Origin: Spirochaetota bacterium | GTDB lineage: Bacteria; Spirochaetota; Spirochaetia; Treponematales; UBA12059 | Direction: 5' to 3' | DNA length: 47,882 nucleotides | NCBI GenBank assembly: GCA_020048755.1 | Contig: JAIFMD010000153.1 | Coordinates: 1-47,882, forward strand | Part shown: piece after piece, positions 8,278-17,895 of the stretch | Position numbering within the stretch: position 1 is the stretch's first letter | Layout of the letters: the number at the start of each line of letters is the position of its first letter | Translations under genes and position numbers: made by a program | Notes under the pieces: model-generated | Databases searched by the model: none | Told to the model about the DNA's origin: nothing | The model's input: the letters and a program-made list of their open reading frames with translations, nothing else

Positions 8278-9274
8278 GTCATCCTGTGATGAGTGTGCGG
8301 CGGCCGTCGTCATGGACGGCCGCCGTGTCGTTTCCAGCATTGTAGCAACGCAGATTGCACGGCACGCCGAATTCGACGGTGTCGTACCGGAAATTGCTTC
8401 AAGGTTGCATACAGAATGGATACATGATGTAGTTGCCCGATCGCTCGACGAAGCGGGAATCTCCGTTTCTGACCTGGATGGAATCGCAGTTACCTCAAAA
8501 CCAGGACTCGCGGGCTCGTTGCTCGTTGGAGTTTCGTTTGCAAAAGCCCTCGCCTGGGCTGCGGGAAAACCATTTGTAGGCGTCAACCATGTGCTGGCCC
8601 ATTTATATGCCCCGTTACTGGCAGAGGACATCGAATACCCGTTCATCGGGCTCATGGTCTCCGGTGGACACACGATGATCTGCAAGACCAACGGCTTTGA
8701 TGATATCGAGGTACTCGGCACAACCATAGACGATGCCATCGGTGAAGCCTTTGACAAGGTAGCCAAGCATTACGGTCTCGGGTATCCAGGCGGCTCGGCG
8801 ATTGACAGGCTGGCACGCAAAGGCAACGCAGCTGCGTGCAAATTCCCCGCAACCAACCTGTACAAGGGCGAACACCGCTATGATGTATCGTATTCCGGCA
8901 TCAAGACGGCGGCCATCCGGCAACTTGACCAGTTCTGGAATCCTGCATTCGAGCGGACCGACGAGAACCTCGCAGCGGCATTTGAAAAAGCCGCCGTGGA
9001 CATGCTGGTATCGCGACTGTTGCGGGCTGTAGACGATACGGGCATCACTACGGTGGTAGCAGGCGGAGGGGTCGCGGCAAATACCTACCTGAGGGCCAGA
9101 CTCGCAAAGCGGTCCGACCTGACCTTGTACTTTCCACCCTTGTCACTCTGCGGAGACAATGCAGCCATGGTAGCCGGACTGGGCTACCGCATGCTCGCCA
9201 GGGGCGACCGCGACAGCCTGTCACTCAACGCTTCGCCACGAGTCACCGCCTTCAAGCGTTCCGTTCGCTCCTGA
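8252..9274 (+). CDS. tsaD: tRNA t6A threonylcarbamoyltransferase subunit TsaD
   Basis: ILGIESSCDE, GVVPEIASRLH, HxxxH, SGGHT, DDAIGEAFDK, GGVAAN, DNAAM. Start 8252 or 8258. Confidence 0.97.
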   Translation: MTMTILGIESSCDECAAAVVMDGRRVVSSIVATQIARHAEFDGVVPEIASRLHTEWIHDVVARSLDEAGISVSDLDGIAVTSKPGLAGSLLVGVSFAKALAWAAGKPFVGVNHVLAHLYAPLLAEDIEYPFIGLMVSGGHTMICKTNGFDDIEVLGTTIDDAIGEAFDKVAKHYGLGYPGGSAIDRLARKGNAAACKFPATNLYKGEHRYDVSYSGIKTAAIRQLDQFWNPAFERTDENLAAAFEKAAVDMLVSRLLRAVDDTGITTVVAGGGVAANTYLRARLAKRSDLTLYFPPLSLCGDNAAMVAGLGYRMLARGDRDSLSLNASPRVTAFKRSVRS

Positions 9275-9325
9275 CGCGCCATACACACCGACAGAAATGC
9301 AGGATACAGCACGAGGAGGCAGCAG

Positions 9326-9733
9326 TCACTCTGTAAGCCTCTTTCCCTCGTCGATCCGCCTGATGGATTCAATCCGGTTTGAGAGCCCTACCCTGCTGAA
9401 TTCCATTGCGCCGAGTACGGCGCGTTTGTCGCCATCAGGCCCTGGCGCAACCAGCACGAAGTGCAGCGTGCCATCGGCTTCTTCGCCAAAATCGTAGAGT
9501 TCATAGGTTTCCCGCGACAAGGTCCCCAGAACCAGATCAGACTGGAACGAAGAAGTCGTCAGATCTCCGACCGCGGCTTCATCAGAGTCGGACAGCGCAC
9601 GAAAATACTTGACCAGAAGAGTAGCCTTGCCTTCATTGCTGCCGGAATAGACACTCAGGGCAATGACCGCAGCAAGTCCGAGAGCTACAGCACCTGCTCC
9701 GACTCCCAGTACAAGGCGTCTGACATTCCTCAT
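9326..9733 (-). CDS. Hypothetical membrane-anchored protein
   Basis: 135-aa ORF with N-terminal TM, 14 bp downstream of kbl, AAGGA RBS. Confidence 0.7.
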   Translation of the reverse strand: MRNVRRLVLGVGAGAVALGLAAVIALSVYSGSNEGKATLLVKYFRALSDSDEAAVGDLTTSSFQSDLVLGTLSRETYELYDFGEEADGTLHFVLVAPGPDGDKRAVLGAMEFSRVGLSNRIESIRRIDEGKRLTE

Positions 9734-9747
9734 CGTATCACGTGTCC

Positions 9748-10941
9748 TTACTTCTTCACGGCACCCAGTTCAGCGCCGACTCTGGCAAACGCGGCCAACG
9801 CAGAATCGATCTGCTGCGTTGTATGGGCGGCCGAAACCTGTACGCGTATCCTCGCCTTGCCGCGTGGCACAACGGGAAAACTGAAACCGATGACATAGAT
9901 GCCTTCGTCGAGCAGCCTGTCAGCCATGGCGTGGGCGAGGCGCTCATCGTACAGCATCACAGGGCAGATGGGGTGTACTCCGGGCCGCACTTCCAGACCG
10001 GCTTTCGCGAGCCCCTCGCGGAAACGCAGGGTGTTGGATTCAAGCCTGTCCCGCAACGCAGTCGATGCGGACAGGATTTCAAGCGCCTTGAGGGTACCTC
10101 CAACGATGGCTGGAGGTACGGTGTTTGAAAATAGATAAGGCCTGGCCTTCTGGCGCAGGTATTCCACGATTTCCGCGCGCCCCGCTATACAACCGCCGGA
10201 TGCTCCGCCGAGGGCCTTGCCAAAGGTCGTGGTTATTATGTCAACGCGGCCCATAACTCCACAGTATTCTGGTGTACCTCGGCCACGCGCTCCGACGAAC
10301 CCGGTAGCATGGCTGTCATCAACCATCACCAGTGCATCGTATTTTTCGGCAAGATCGCAGATGCGTCCAAGATCGGCGATGTCGCCGTCCATGGAAAAAA
10401 CGCCGTCGGTAGCAACAAGGCGCAAGCGCTTGCCTGCCGCTGACTTGAGCTTGGCTTCAAGGTCCTCAAAATTGTTATGCTCATAAATGAGCCGGTCGGC
10501 CTTGCTGAGACGTACACCGTCGATGATCGAGGCATGGTTGAGGCTGTCTGCGATTATGGCACAATCAGCATCCAACAATGGTTCAAAGACCGCCGCATTG
10601 GCATCGAAACACGAGGAAAAGAGTATCGTGTCTTCAGTCCCCAGAAAATCCGAGAGGGCTTTTTCCAAAAGCTTGTGAGGCTGCTGGGTTCCGCAGATAA
10701 AACGGACGCTCGAGAGTCCGTACCCCCACTCATCCAGAGCTCGTTTGGCCGCCTCGCGTATTGATGGATCATTGGCCAGCCCAAGGTAATTATTGGCGCA
10801 GAAATTAACGACGCTTTTTCCATCCTTTACGGAGATGACAGAACCCTGAGGCGTCATGATGACGCGCTCGCCCTTGTAAAGGCCTTCGCTGCGTATAGCC
10901 TGGAGCTTGCCGTGCAGCTCCTCTTTCAAAGTTCCATACAT
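9748..10941 (-). CDS. kbl: Glycine C-acetyltransferase (2-amino-3-ketobutyrate CoA ligase)
   Basis: [49 protein letters not shown] (PLP Lys), RPYLFSN. Confidence 0.95.
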   Translation of the reverse strand: MYGTLKEELHGKLQAIRSEGLYKGERVIMTPQGSVISVKDGKSVVNFCANNYLGLANDPSIREAAKRALDEWGYGLSSVRFICGTQQPHKLLEKALSDFLGTEDTILFSSCFDANAAVFEPLLDADCAIIADSLNHASIIDGVRLSKADRLIYEHNNFEDLEAKLKSAAGKRLRLVATDGVFSMDGDIADLGRICDLAEKYDALVMVDDSHATGFVGARGRGTPEYCGVMGRVDIITTTFGKALGGASGGCIAGRAEIVEYLRQKARPYLFSNTVPPAIVGGTLKALEILSASTALRDRLESNTLRFREGLAKAGLEVRPGVHPICPVMLYDERLAHAMADRLLDEGIYVIGFSFPVVPRGKARIRVQVSAAHTTQQIDSALAAFARVGAELGAVKK

Positions 10942-11017
10942 TGAAAACTCTCCTTTGGATGTACTTTATTCTATCTCCCGGCTACCCCTGAAACAATGAC
11001 TGGGGCCACAGGGACAC

Positions 11018-12331
11018 TCAAAGCAAGGTAGAAGCCAGCTCCGCGAGTTCACTCCGCTCCGTCTTCTGAAGCGTTACGTGGCCATAGATGGACTGACCTT
11101 TGAACGCATCGACCAGGTACGAGAGACCGTTGGAATTGGCATCCAGGTACATATTGTCTATCTGGTATGGATCCCCGGTCAAAACTACTTTAGTGCCCTT
11201 GCCTGCCCGCGAGACGATGGTCTTGATTTCATGCGGGGTCAGGTTCTGGGCTTCGTCGATGATGATGTATTCGTCTGGAAGCGAGCGGCCACGAATATAG
11301 GAAAGTGCTTCTATCTCTATCTGCTTGTCCTTGATCATCTGGTCTACCGTCTTCATCTTTTCTTTGTCCCGCTTGTGGGCACCCATGATGTATTCCAGGT
11401 TATCGAACAGCGGCTGCATCCAGTTGGACATCTTGGCTGACTTTTCCCCTGGCAGGTAACCGATATCCTTGCCGACCGGTACGACAGGCCGGGTGACGAG
11501 CATCTTGGCGTAGACCTTCTCGTCGAAGACCTTCCTGAGTCCTGCGGCGATCGCAAGGAGGGTCTTGCCGGTACCGGCTTTGCCGACCAGGGTGACAAGC
11601 CGTAGATTGTCGTCCATGAGCAATTCCAGAGCCACGCGCTGTCGGGCATTGAGGGGAGCAATGCCGGAGACAGAACCAACATCCTCCTTCAGAGCCTCGA
11701 TGACGCCTTCATCAGGCCTGCAGCGTGCGATGCGTTCCCGTGTCGAGCCACGTTCTTTTAGTATTACAAACTCGTTGGGCCGCAGGCGGTCCTTCCACGG
11801 CAGGCTTCCTGTGGCATCGAATGCCGCAAAAAGATCTTGTGCTACTTCCACCTCGCTCACACCCTGGTACAGCGTTGCGATATCTACTTTTTCCTTCTCG
11901 TAGTCAACTGCCTTGACACCGAGGGCTGTGGCCTTTACACGTGCGTTGATGTCTTTTGATACGAAAAAAACCTGCCGGCCGCTTTCCTTGATGGCAGCAG
12001 CGCACAGGATTATCCGGTTGTCAGGCTTTGTGGTGTCAAAACCCTTGGGACCTTTGTCAGACTGCGCCAGTGACACACGCAGGATTGAACCGTTTTCCAG
12101 CTTTACTCCATCATGGAGATCTCCGCGCCTGGATACCGAATCAAGAAAGCGTATTGCATCGCGGGCAGTCTTGGCCCGCTGGTCGGCATAGGTCTTAAGA
12201 TTGTCGAGTTCTTCGAGTACCTGGAGCGGAATCACTATTTCGTTGTCCCTGAACGACAGGATAGATTCAGGGTTGTGGATGAGCACATTGGTGTCAATGA
12301 CGAATACTTTGCGGTCGCCTGATTCAATCAT
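11018..12331 (-). CDS. PhoH family protein with N-terminal PIN domain (PhoH2)
   Basis: VIDTNVL, EELD, DNRI PIN motifs; GKAGTGKT Walker A; IGYLPG, IRGRS, IDEAQN. Start at ATG 12331 after GGAGG. Confidence 0.93.
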   Translation of the reverse strand: MIESGDRKVFVIDTNVLIHNPESILSFRDNEIVIPLQVLEELDNLKTYADQRAKTARDAIRFLDSVSRRGDLHDGVKLENGSILRVSLAQSDKGPKGFDTTKPDNRIILCAAAIKESGRQVFFVSKDINARVKATALGVKAVDYEKEKVDIATLYQGVSEVEVAQDLFAAFDATGSLPWKDRLRPNEFVILKERGSTRERIARCRPDEGVIEALKEDVGSVSGIAPLNARQRVALELLMDDNLRLVTLVGKAGTGKTLLAIAAGLRKVFDEKVYAKMLVTRPVVPVGKDIGYLPGEKSAKMSNWMQPLFDNLEYIMGAHKRDKEKMKTVDQMIKDKQIEIEALSYIRGRSLPDEYIIIDEAQNLTPHEIKTIVSRAGKGTKVVLTGDPYQIDNMYLDANSNGLSYLVDAFKGQSIYGHVTLQKTERSELAELASTLL

Positions 12332-12360
12332 GCTGCCTCCTGTGAAGATAAAACTTTTCG

Positions 12361-12918
12361 TCAGCGTTTTGCCGGTTTCAGATAGCCAAAGATGCTTCCG
12401 CAAAGACCGCCTATGATGTGGCCGAACTCCGATACGTTATTGGCCCTGAATGCGTTGAACACTTCCTTGCCCAGATACAACAGCATGATGAGGATGAAGG
12501 TCAGGGGAATCTCACCCTTGTTGAAATTGGTGAACGACGCAAGCAGTATCATCATGAAGACAATGCCGCTTGCCCCCATGAGGCCGGTGGGAAACAGCAG
12601 TATATTGAGCAAGCCGGTTACCAGGGCCGTGATTACGGCCATCAGGGCCATTCCGCCGGATCCATACGTTGCCTCCAGTATCGGGCCAAGCAACAGGATG
12701 AACGAGAAGTTGGACAGGAAATGGTTGATGTCGGCATGCCCGAATACATGCGTAAAGAGACATATATAGTCACGGATGGAACCAGCCTGGAAATCACCGC
12801 GACCAGGTACGGAAAACCAGTTGGCTGTCAGGCCCGGGAACAAGGCATTGAGAAGCAATACAACAGCACAGATAAACGTAAAAGTCAAAGTCGTGGGGGC
12901 GTTGTAGCGTATGGTCAT
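12361..12918 (-). CDS. Rhomboid family intramembrane serine protease
   Basis: Multiple TM helices, H..H..SN, GASG catalytic Ser, GH in the last TM. Start 12918 after GAGGAG. Confidence 0.85.
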   Translation of the reverse strand: MTIRYNAPTTLTFTFICAVVLLLNALFPGLTANWFSVPGRGDFQAGSIRDYICLFTHVFGHADINHFLSNFSFILLLGPILEATYGSGGMALMAVITALVTGLLNILLFPTGLMGASGIVFMMILLASFTNFNKGEIPLTFILIMLLYLGKEVFNAFRANNVSEFGHIIGGLCGSIFGYLKPAKR

Positions 12919-12931
12919 AGGGTGCTCCTCG

Positions 12932-13714
12932 TCAAAGCTCGAGCTCAAGCGTTACCGGACAATGATCGGACCCCGTAATGGCATTCCGGATAGCCGCTGA
13001 CTTTATGGCCGGCACCAGTCCTTCATCGACACAGTGATAGTCGATGCGCCAGCCTATGTCCTTCTCGCGAGCCTTCATCCGGTAACTCCACCAGCTGTAA
13101 TGGCCAGGCTCTCCTGGATGCAGGCGGCGGAAGGTGTCAGCATAACCGCTGGACAGGTATCGGGCCATCCAGGCCCGTTCTTCGGGCAAGTAGCCGGGGT
13201 TTCCTACATTTTCCTTGGGGCGGGCAAGGTCTATGGGCTCGTGGGCGATGTTGAAATCCCCGGCAACGACAATGTGCCGTCCTTCGGCAACAACGGCATC
13301 ACAGCGGGCGAGTACGGCATCACAGAATCGCAACTTGTAGTCTATCCGGGCCCCGGCATCCTGGGAGTTGGGAAAGTACGCGCTGGCAACGACAAACTCG
13401 CCAAAATCAGCTTCAAGATAGCGCCCCTCGTCGTCGAATTCCTCGACTCCGAGCAGCCGCACCGACCTGGGCTCGATCCTGGTGTATATGGCTACGCCTG
13501 AGTATCCGCGGCGTTTGGCACTGGACCAGAATGGTGTAAACCTTTTACCTTCCGCATCATCAGCCTCGAAGAATTCCTTGCTTAGTTGTGACGGATCTGC
13601 CTTGGTTTCCTGCACGCACACGATATCCGCCGATTCATCGGCAAGCCACTGAAAAAACCCTTTCGTAGAGGCCGACCGTATGCCATTCACGTTCCATGAT
13701 GCAAGTCTCGTCAT
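12932..13714 (-). CDS. xth: Exodeoxyribonuclease III / AP endonuclease
   Basis: SWNVNG, QETK, GYSGV, EGR, YFPN, GDFNIAH, GWRIDY, SDHCP. Confidence 0.95.
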   Translation of the reverse strand: MTRLASWNVNGIRSASTKGFFQWLADESADIVCVQETKADPSQLSKEFFEADDAEGKRFTPFWSSAKRRGYSGVAIYTRIEPRSVRLLGVEEFDDEGRYLEADFGEFVVASAYFPNSQDAGARIDYKLRFCDAVLARCDAVVAEGRHIVVAGDFNIAHEPIDLARPKENVGNPGYLPEERAWMARYLSSGYADTFRRLHPGEPGHYSWWSYRMKAREKDIGWRIDYHCVDEGLVPAIKSAAIRNAITGSDHCPVTLELEL

Positions 13715-13761
13715 GCGTTGCTCCATTCATCGATGCATTCCGTTGCCCGGACAGGGCAGTG

Positions 13762-14958
13762 CTATGAAAAGAAGCCGTCAAATACCATATCGCAGGCTGC
13801 ACGGCCAGCCAGAACCGGATCCCAACGATAGCCCCTGACACTCGGAGCATGCCCATCAGGTCCCGGACGCCCGGATAGATACTGCCCGGTTTCCCGCGCG
13901 ATGAGTTCCGATAGCGCTGCCGACCGTGAAATGATCATGAATTCACCCGGATCGAGCAGGTGGCGCACATTGAGCAGCGCTATCGATGCCTTTCCCATGG
14001 ATGGACCCAGTGCGTCGAACGTAGCTCGATCTCCTGCGCAGAGCAGGCTGTCGAGTTCCTTGAAATCAATGCAGGGACGAGCTGCGGCAACGGTAGAGAC
14101 AAGAGCTTCTTCCGACAGGTAGGCTTCAAGGCAACCAGTTCCACCGCAGGCGCAGCCTGGCCCGAGAGGATCCATAGTCATGTGCCCTATCTCTATGGCG
14201 GTTTTACCACCGTTTTCATAAGGTATGCCAGCCCGCACGAAAGCACCGCCAACGCCAGCCCGCACCAGCAAGGCAAAAGTACTGCCGGCATCGCTGACGC
14301 GCGAGGGCGTCGATGCATTGCGGCTGGAACCATACCGGTATGCAGCTACAGCGGCCACGGTGGCATTGTTACCCATCCTCACTGTAGCGCCAAATCGTTC
14401 AGACAGTCTGTCAGCCAGAGGAAACCCGGACAGGCCGGGGATTCTATTATATTCCAGAACTTTGCCCCGGGATAGGTCAACAACTCCAGGAGCACCTACC
14501 CCGATACCGAGAAGCGGGCCTCCGGGGGCCCGGTCCAGTGCGTCGGCAGCAAGCTGTACCACGATGGCGTAAGCCGCGTCCGCATCTGCATCAAGAGGTA
14601 TCGCACGCTCTTCGGCATACAGTACTGTAGCCGAGAAATCCTCTACCACGACCGACGCTGCACCAGCCCTGAAATCCAGCCCGACGATACGGTATGCGCC
14701 GGGAACAGTGGCATACCAGGTTGGTCTACGGCCTTTCCTGTCGGTTGCGAGCGGAGGAGACGCAACGGGTTCTATGAGTCCCGCACGCTCGAGTTCACCA
14801 AAAATCCTGAAAACAGTAGGCGCCTTGAGGCCGGATGTAGCAGCCACTTCACTCTGGGATGCCTTGGGAGCGTGGAATACCATGCCCAGGACCAACCGTT
14901 CGTTCCGTTCCTTGATATCCGCAGCCCGGATGGGTACCCGGTCCCTGAGGTCGGTCAT
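13762..14958 (-). CDS. ROK family transcriptional regulator
   Basis: N-terminal HTH with GRRP, GIGVGAPG, EIGH, CxCGxxGCLE zinc motif. Confidence 0.9.
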   Translation of the reverse strand: MTDLRDRVPIRAADIKERNERLVLGMVFHAPKASQSEVAATSGLKAPTVFRIFGELERAGLIEPVASPPLATDRKGRRPTWYATVPGAYRIVGLDFRAGAASVVVEDFSATVLYAEERAIPLDADADAAYAIVVQLAADALDRAPGGPLLGIGVGAPGVVDLSRGKVLEYNRIPGLSGFPLADRLSERFGATVRMGNNATVAAVAAYRYGSSRNASTPSRVSDAGSTFALLVRAGVGGAFVRAGIPYENGGKTAIEIGHMTMDPLGPGCACGGTGCLEAYLSEEALVSTVAAARPCIDFKELDSLLCAGDRATFDALGPSMGKASIALLNVRHLLDPGEFMIISRSAALSELIARETGQYLSGRPGPDGHAPSVRGYRWDPVLAGRAACDMVFDGFFS

Positions 14959-15941
14959 GGTGTGGCCAGAATGTTCAGTTCTACCGACAGCACTACATGA
15001 TAAACCTTGCCGCGGAGTGCCATGAACTTCCGTGTCATTGCATAGTCGCCTATTCTAAAGAACAAGGTATGCTCTCCGGGTTCCACCGCAAATCCGTCCA
15101 GTTCGGACATGGGGACTACCTGACCGTCCAGCGATACATACGTGCCGGCGGGAGCCTGGAATACCAGCAGGGGTGCATTGGGAGTAAGTGTGACATTCAG
15201 CGGTATGACGCGCCCTGCTTCGACAGCGACTGTGATTATTTCTTCACGATAACCCTCGGCACTCACCCGAACGACCCGAGGGCCTTTTTTTGCCAAGATC
15301 ATGGCTTGTGCGTCTTCGGCGCGTTTGTCATCGACGAATATCGATACTAAAGGGCGATCAGCGCCATCTGGTACTGAAACGGAAACTCTAAGGCCTCCCT
15401 CATCACGAAGCACAGGTCTGACAGTCAGCCTGAACTCGGCCGTTTCCATGGAGGGCAGGATTCCTTTACCGATGGGTGTAAGTTTGAAAACGAGTGGAAA
15501 CCGGTCGATTCCTGCAACTGATGGAACCAGACTGGCAAATGGATTGTTCTTGATGCCATGCCTGTCGATTATGGGGACTATGAGGTTCAACGATACCCGG
15601 GCCGGTAGTGGTTGGGTTGCAACGAGGTCAGCGACATAGTCAAACCTGCCAGGGGACGGCTGGGGCTGTAATCTTGTGAAGATTGACCATGCAATGGAAG
15701 ATTCTGCCCCCTGGAATGTTTTTGGTATCCGCAACTCGAACTCTACACCCTGGATGAATGTCGGATCAGCAGGAAAACTCACGGCTACAGCTTCATTGTA
15801 CCGCAGAACGACGGTTACCCCTTCAGGGTTCTCAGATGAAAGCGTTGCCACTGAGGCAAAGTCGGTCCTGAGTCCTTGCGAAAAGACCGATGCAGTGGAG
15901 AGGATCAACAGCAGGCATAAAAGGCTATGGACACGTTTCAT
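14955..15941 (-). CDS. Exported hypothetical protein with PEGA-like C-terminal domains
   Basis: Signal peptide; repeated beta-rich units (IFVDD...AEGY; VSLDG...PGEHTL). 4-bp overlaps with both neighbours. Confidence 0.7.
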   Translation of the reverse strand: MKRVHSLLCLLLILSTASVFSQGLRTDFASVATLSSENPEGVTVVLRYNEAVAVSFPADPTFIQGVEFELRIPKTFQGAESSIAWSIFTRLQPQPSPGRFDYVADLVATQPLPARVSLNLIVPIIDRHGIKNNPFASLVPSVAGIDRFPLVFKLTPIGKGILPSMETAEFRLTVRPVLRDEGGLRVSVSVPDGADRPLVSIFVDDKRAEDAQAMILAKKGPRVVRVSAEGYREEIITVAVEAGRVIPLNVTLTPNAPLLVFQAPAGTYVSLDGQVVPMSELDGFAVEPGEHTLFFRIGDYAMTRKFMALRGKVYHVVLSVELNILATP

Positions 15942-16858
15942 TGCTTCAATCCAGGTATATAACTAGAGGGATCCCTGGCTTTACCACTGAGCCGTATCTC
16001 AAAGTGAAGATGCGGCCCGGTTGACAAGCCGGTCGAACCGACCGCTCCTATTATTGTACCCGATTGAACCGTTTGGTTCAACACGACAGCAATGCGGGAG
16101 AGATGGCCATAGATAGTGCGTAGTCCCCCCTCATGTTCGAGGATGATGCGCAACCCTAAAACGGGGTCATCACCAGCAGCTACAACCGTGCCTTCCCGTG
16201 CCGCAATCACATTCGTTCCAAACGGAGCAGCTAGATCAACACCTTCATGCATCCTGTCGTGGCCATCTATGGGGCTACTCCTGAAACCATACCTGCTGGT
16301 CAACACACTGTCAGGCAGTGGCATGCGGAACCCTATTTCAAGAAAAAAAGAGCGTTCTGTGGGGAAAAGCCTTGAGCCCGGATAGAATGTAAAACCACGC
16401 TCCACGCCGCCAACTGTAGCGACTACCCGCTGCATCGGAACGTTTGCAATGGCACTACGGGACGCCAGCAGCACATCCAGATCATTGCGTGGCGTGTCTG
16501 GTACGAACACGCCTGCAATTGAAGGTATGAGGACAACTTCTCCCTCCCTGAAAGATCTTGTCTTACTGATTCCATTGAGTGTTACAAGTGTTTCGTAGGG
16601 CATCGAAAGCCGGGCGGCTACAGCAAGAAGCTCCTCACCTCCTGTCGCAATCCATTGACAGATAAAAAAATCAGGATAAGGGGCGGTTGCCATCTCAGCC
16701 CTGTAACCCTGAGCCAGGGAATCCTGGATCTGTACAAAAAGAAGATCCCGTGGTGACAGTCGCTGGATGGAGGGATAACTCGATGGGATGGCTGCCGCAG
16801 GAAGCCCCAGCAGCACTGAAAAAGAACAAAAACACAGCAAGAAAACCGCAGGCTTCAC
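15938..16858 (-). CDS. M23 family peptidase with LysM-like domain
   Basis: Signal peptide; HEGVD, YGHL and GSTGLSTGPHLHFE motifs. Confidence 0.9.
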   Translation of the reverse strand: MKPAVFLLCFCSFSVLLGLPAAAIPSSYPSIQRLSPRDLLFVQIQDSLAQGYRAEMATAPYPDFFICQWIATGGEELLAVAARLSMPYETLVTLNGISKTRSFREGEVVLIPSIAGVFVPDTPRNDLDVLLASRSAIANVPMQRVVATVGGVERGFTFYPGSRLFPTERSFFLEIGFRMPLPDSVLTSRYGFRSSPIDGHDRMHEGVDLAAPFGTNVIAAREGTVVAAGDDPVLGLRIILEHEGGLRTIYGHLSRIAVVLNQTVQSGTIIGAVGSTGLSTGPHLHFEIRLSGKARDPSSYIPGLKQ

Positions 16859-17109
16859 GATTCAGGGGCTGCGTTGGTCGAATCCGCTTTACGACGCCTT
16901 GATTTCTCACGAGTTACCGCTATGAGGCCACCTGCTGCTACGACCAGCATCAGGAACGAATAGATGCGTGTGTGCGATGTAGCAAGGTACCACAAAGGCC
17001 AGACAACCGCAGTAGCTACAGCTACGACTAACACTACGCCTGCAAGTCCGAGCAACATACTCTTTATGGCCCCTTGCACCTGCACGCAGGCAACATGAAG
17101 GGTCTTCAT
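16855..17109 (-). CDS. Small two-TM hypothetical membrane protein
   Basis: ATG 17109 overlaps the upstream stop (ATGA); two hydrophobic helices and a basic tail; stop overlaps the next start. Confidence 0.65.
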   Translation of the reverse strand: MKTLHVACVQVQGAIKSMLLGLAGVVLVVAVATAVVWPLWYLATSHTRIYSFLMLVVAAGGLIAVTREKSRRRKADSTNAAPES

Positions 17110-17858
17110 TCTGCACTCTTGAGGGCCAAGGGGATAAGACGCAAGTACGCCAGAGCCAGAGCGCATTCCTCATTTCCCAGTCTCCTCGCAGCCTTATCAA
17201 GGAGTAGCCCAGGAACGCGGCCATTAGCCGAGGCCTCATAGAGTTCGGCGACGACAGGCCTGGACTTCCATCTTCTGGCGAGCAAGGAACAGAGAGCCTG
17301 GGCTTCTTCTTTTTCATCGCCTGACAGCACGGGTTCCATGGCATCGGATTTATAGAATGCTGCAGGTCCGAGGGCCACAGCCTCGTCACGCCAGGCCTCA
17401 ACCAGGTCGACGATACGACTTTCAGAGAAATATGCACCATCTATGGCGCGCCTGAACCTGAGTACGGATTCCAGATGCCGGGGAGACGATAAAGCATGTC
17501 GCTCGCTCGCAAAGAACACCGCAGCTGCTGCCAGCGAACCCAACAGTAACTCGTCGATCAGTGGAACTGGATCCCTGACAAGGATGGACAGAAACAGGTA
17601 CACAGCTATGAAGGTCCCCGTTGTAAGGGCAAGTCGGAGATAGTACCCCTTATTCAGATAATATCGTCTGGTTCCCTTCTCCATGGCTGCGTACAACGCA
17701 GTTCTAATCGAATCAGCATCCCTGGGTGAGTCACCTGAACTATATCTGCCAATGATCGAGCCGGTTTCAGCGGATTTGAATACTTCAGCCGTATCGAATG
17801 GGTGCAGTACTATGGGCTTTCTGGAATCGAGTACGAAGATATAATTGGTTGGGCTCAT
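17106..17858 (-). CDS. Hypothetical membrane protein
   Basis: 250-aa ORF with two central TM helices joined by DPVPLIDE; first gene of a translationally coupled minus-strand run. Confidence 0.75.
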   Translation of the reverse strand: MSPTNYIFVLDSRKPIVLHPFDTAEVFKSAETGSIIGRYSSGDSPRDADSIRTALYAAMEKGTRRYYLNKGYYLRLALTTGTFIAVYLFLSILVRDPVPLIDELLLGSLAAAAVFFASERHALSSPRHLESVLRFRRAIDGAYFSESRIVDLVEAWRDEAVALGPAAFYKSDAMEPVLSGDEKEEAQALCSLLARRWKSRPVVAELYEASANGRVPGLLLDKAARRLGNEECALALAYLRLIPLALKSAE

Positions 17859-17866
17859 GTAGTGTT

Positions 17867-17895
17867 AAAGTACGATTGACCCGAGCGGCTGTCAA
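17867..17895 (-). promoter_or_regulatory. Putative sigma70 promoter (near-leaderless)
   Basis: TTGACA-17-TACTTT, 8 nt before ATG 17858; no Shine-Dalgarno. Confidence 0.6.

Noticed and set aside
11018-12331. PIN toxin-antitoxin or defence module
   Set aside because: Standard PIN-PhoH fusion with no adjacent antitoxin-like ORF.
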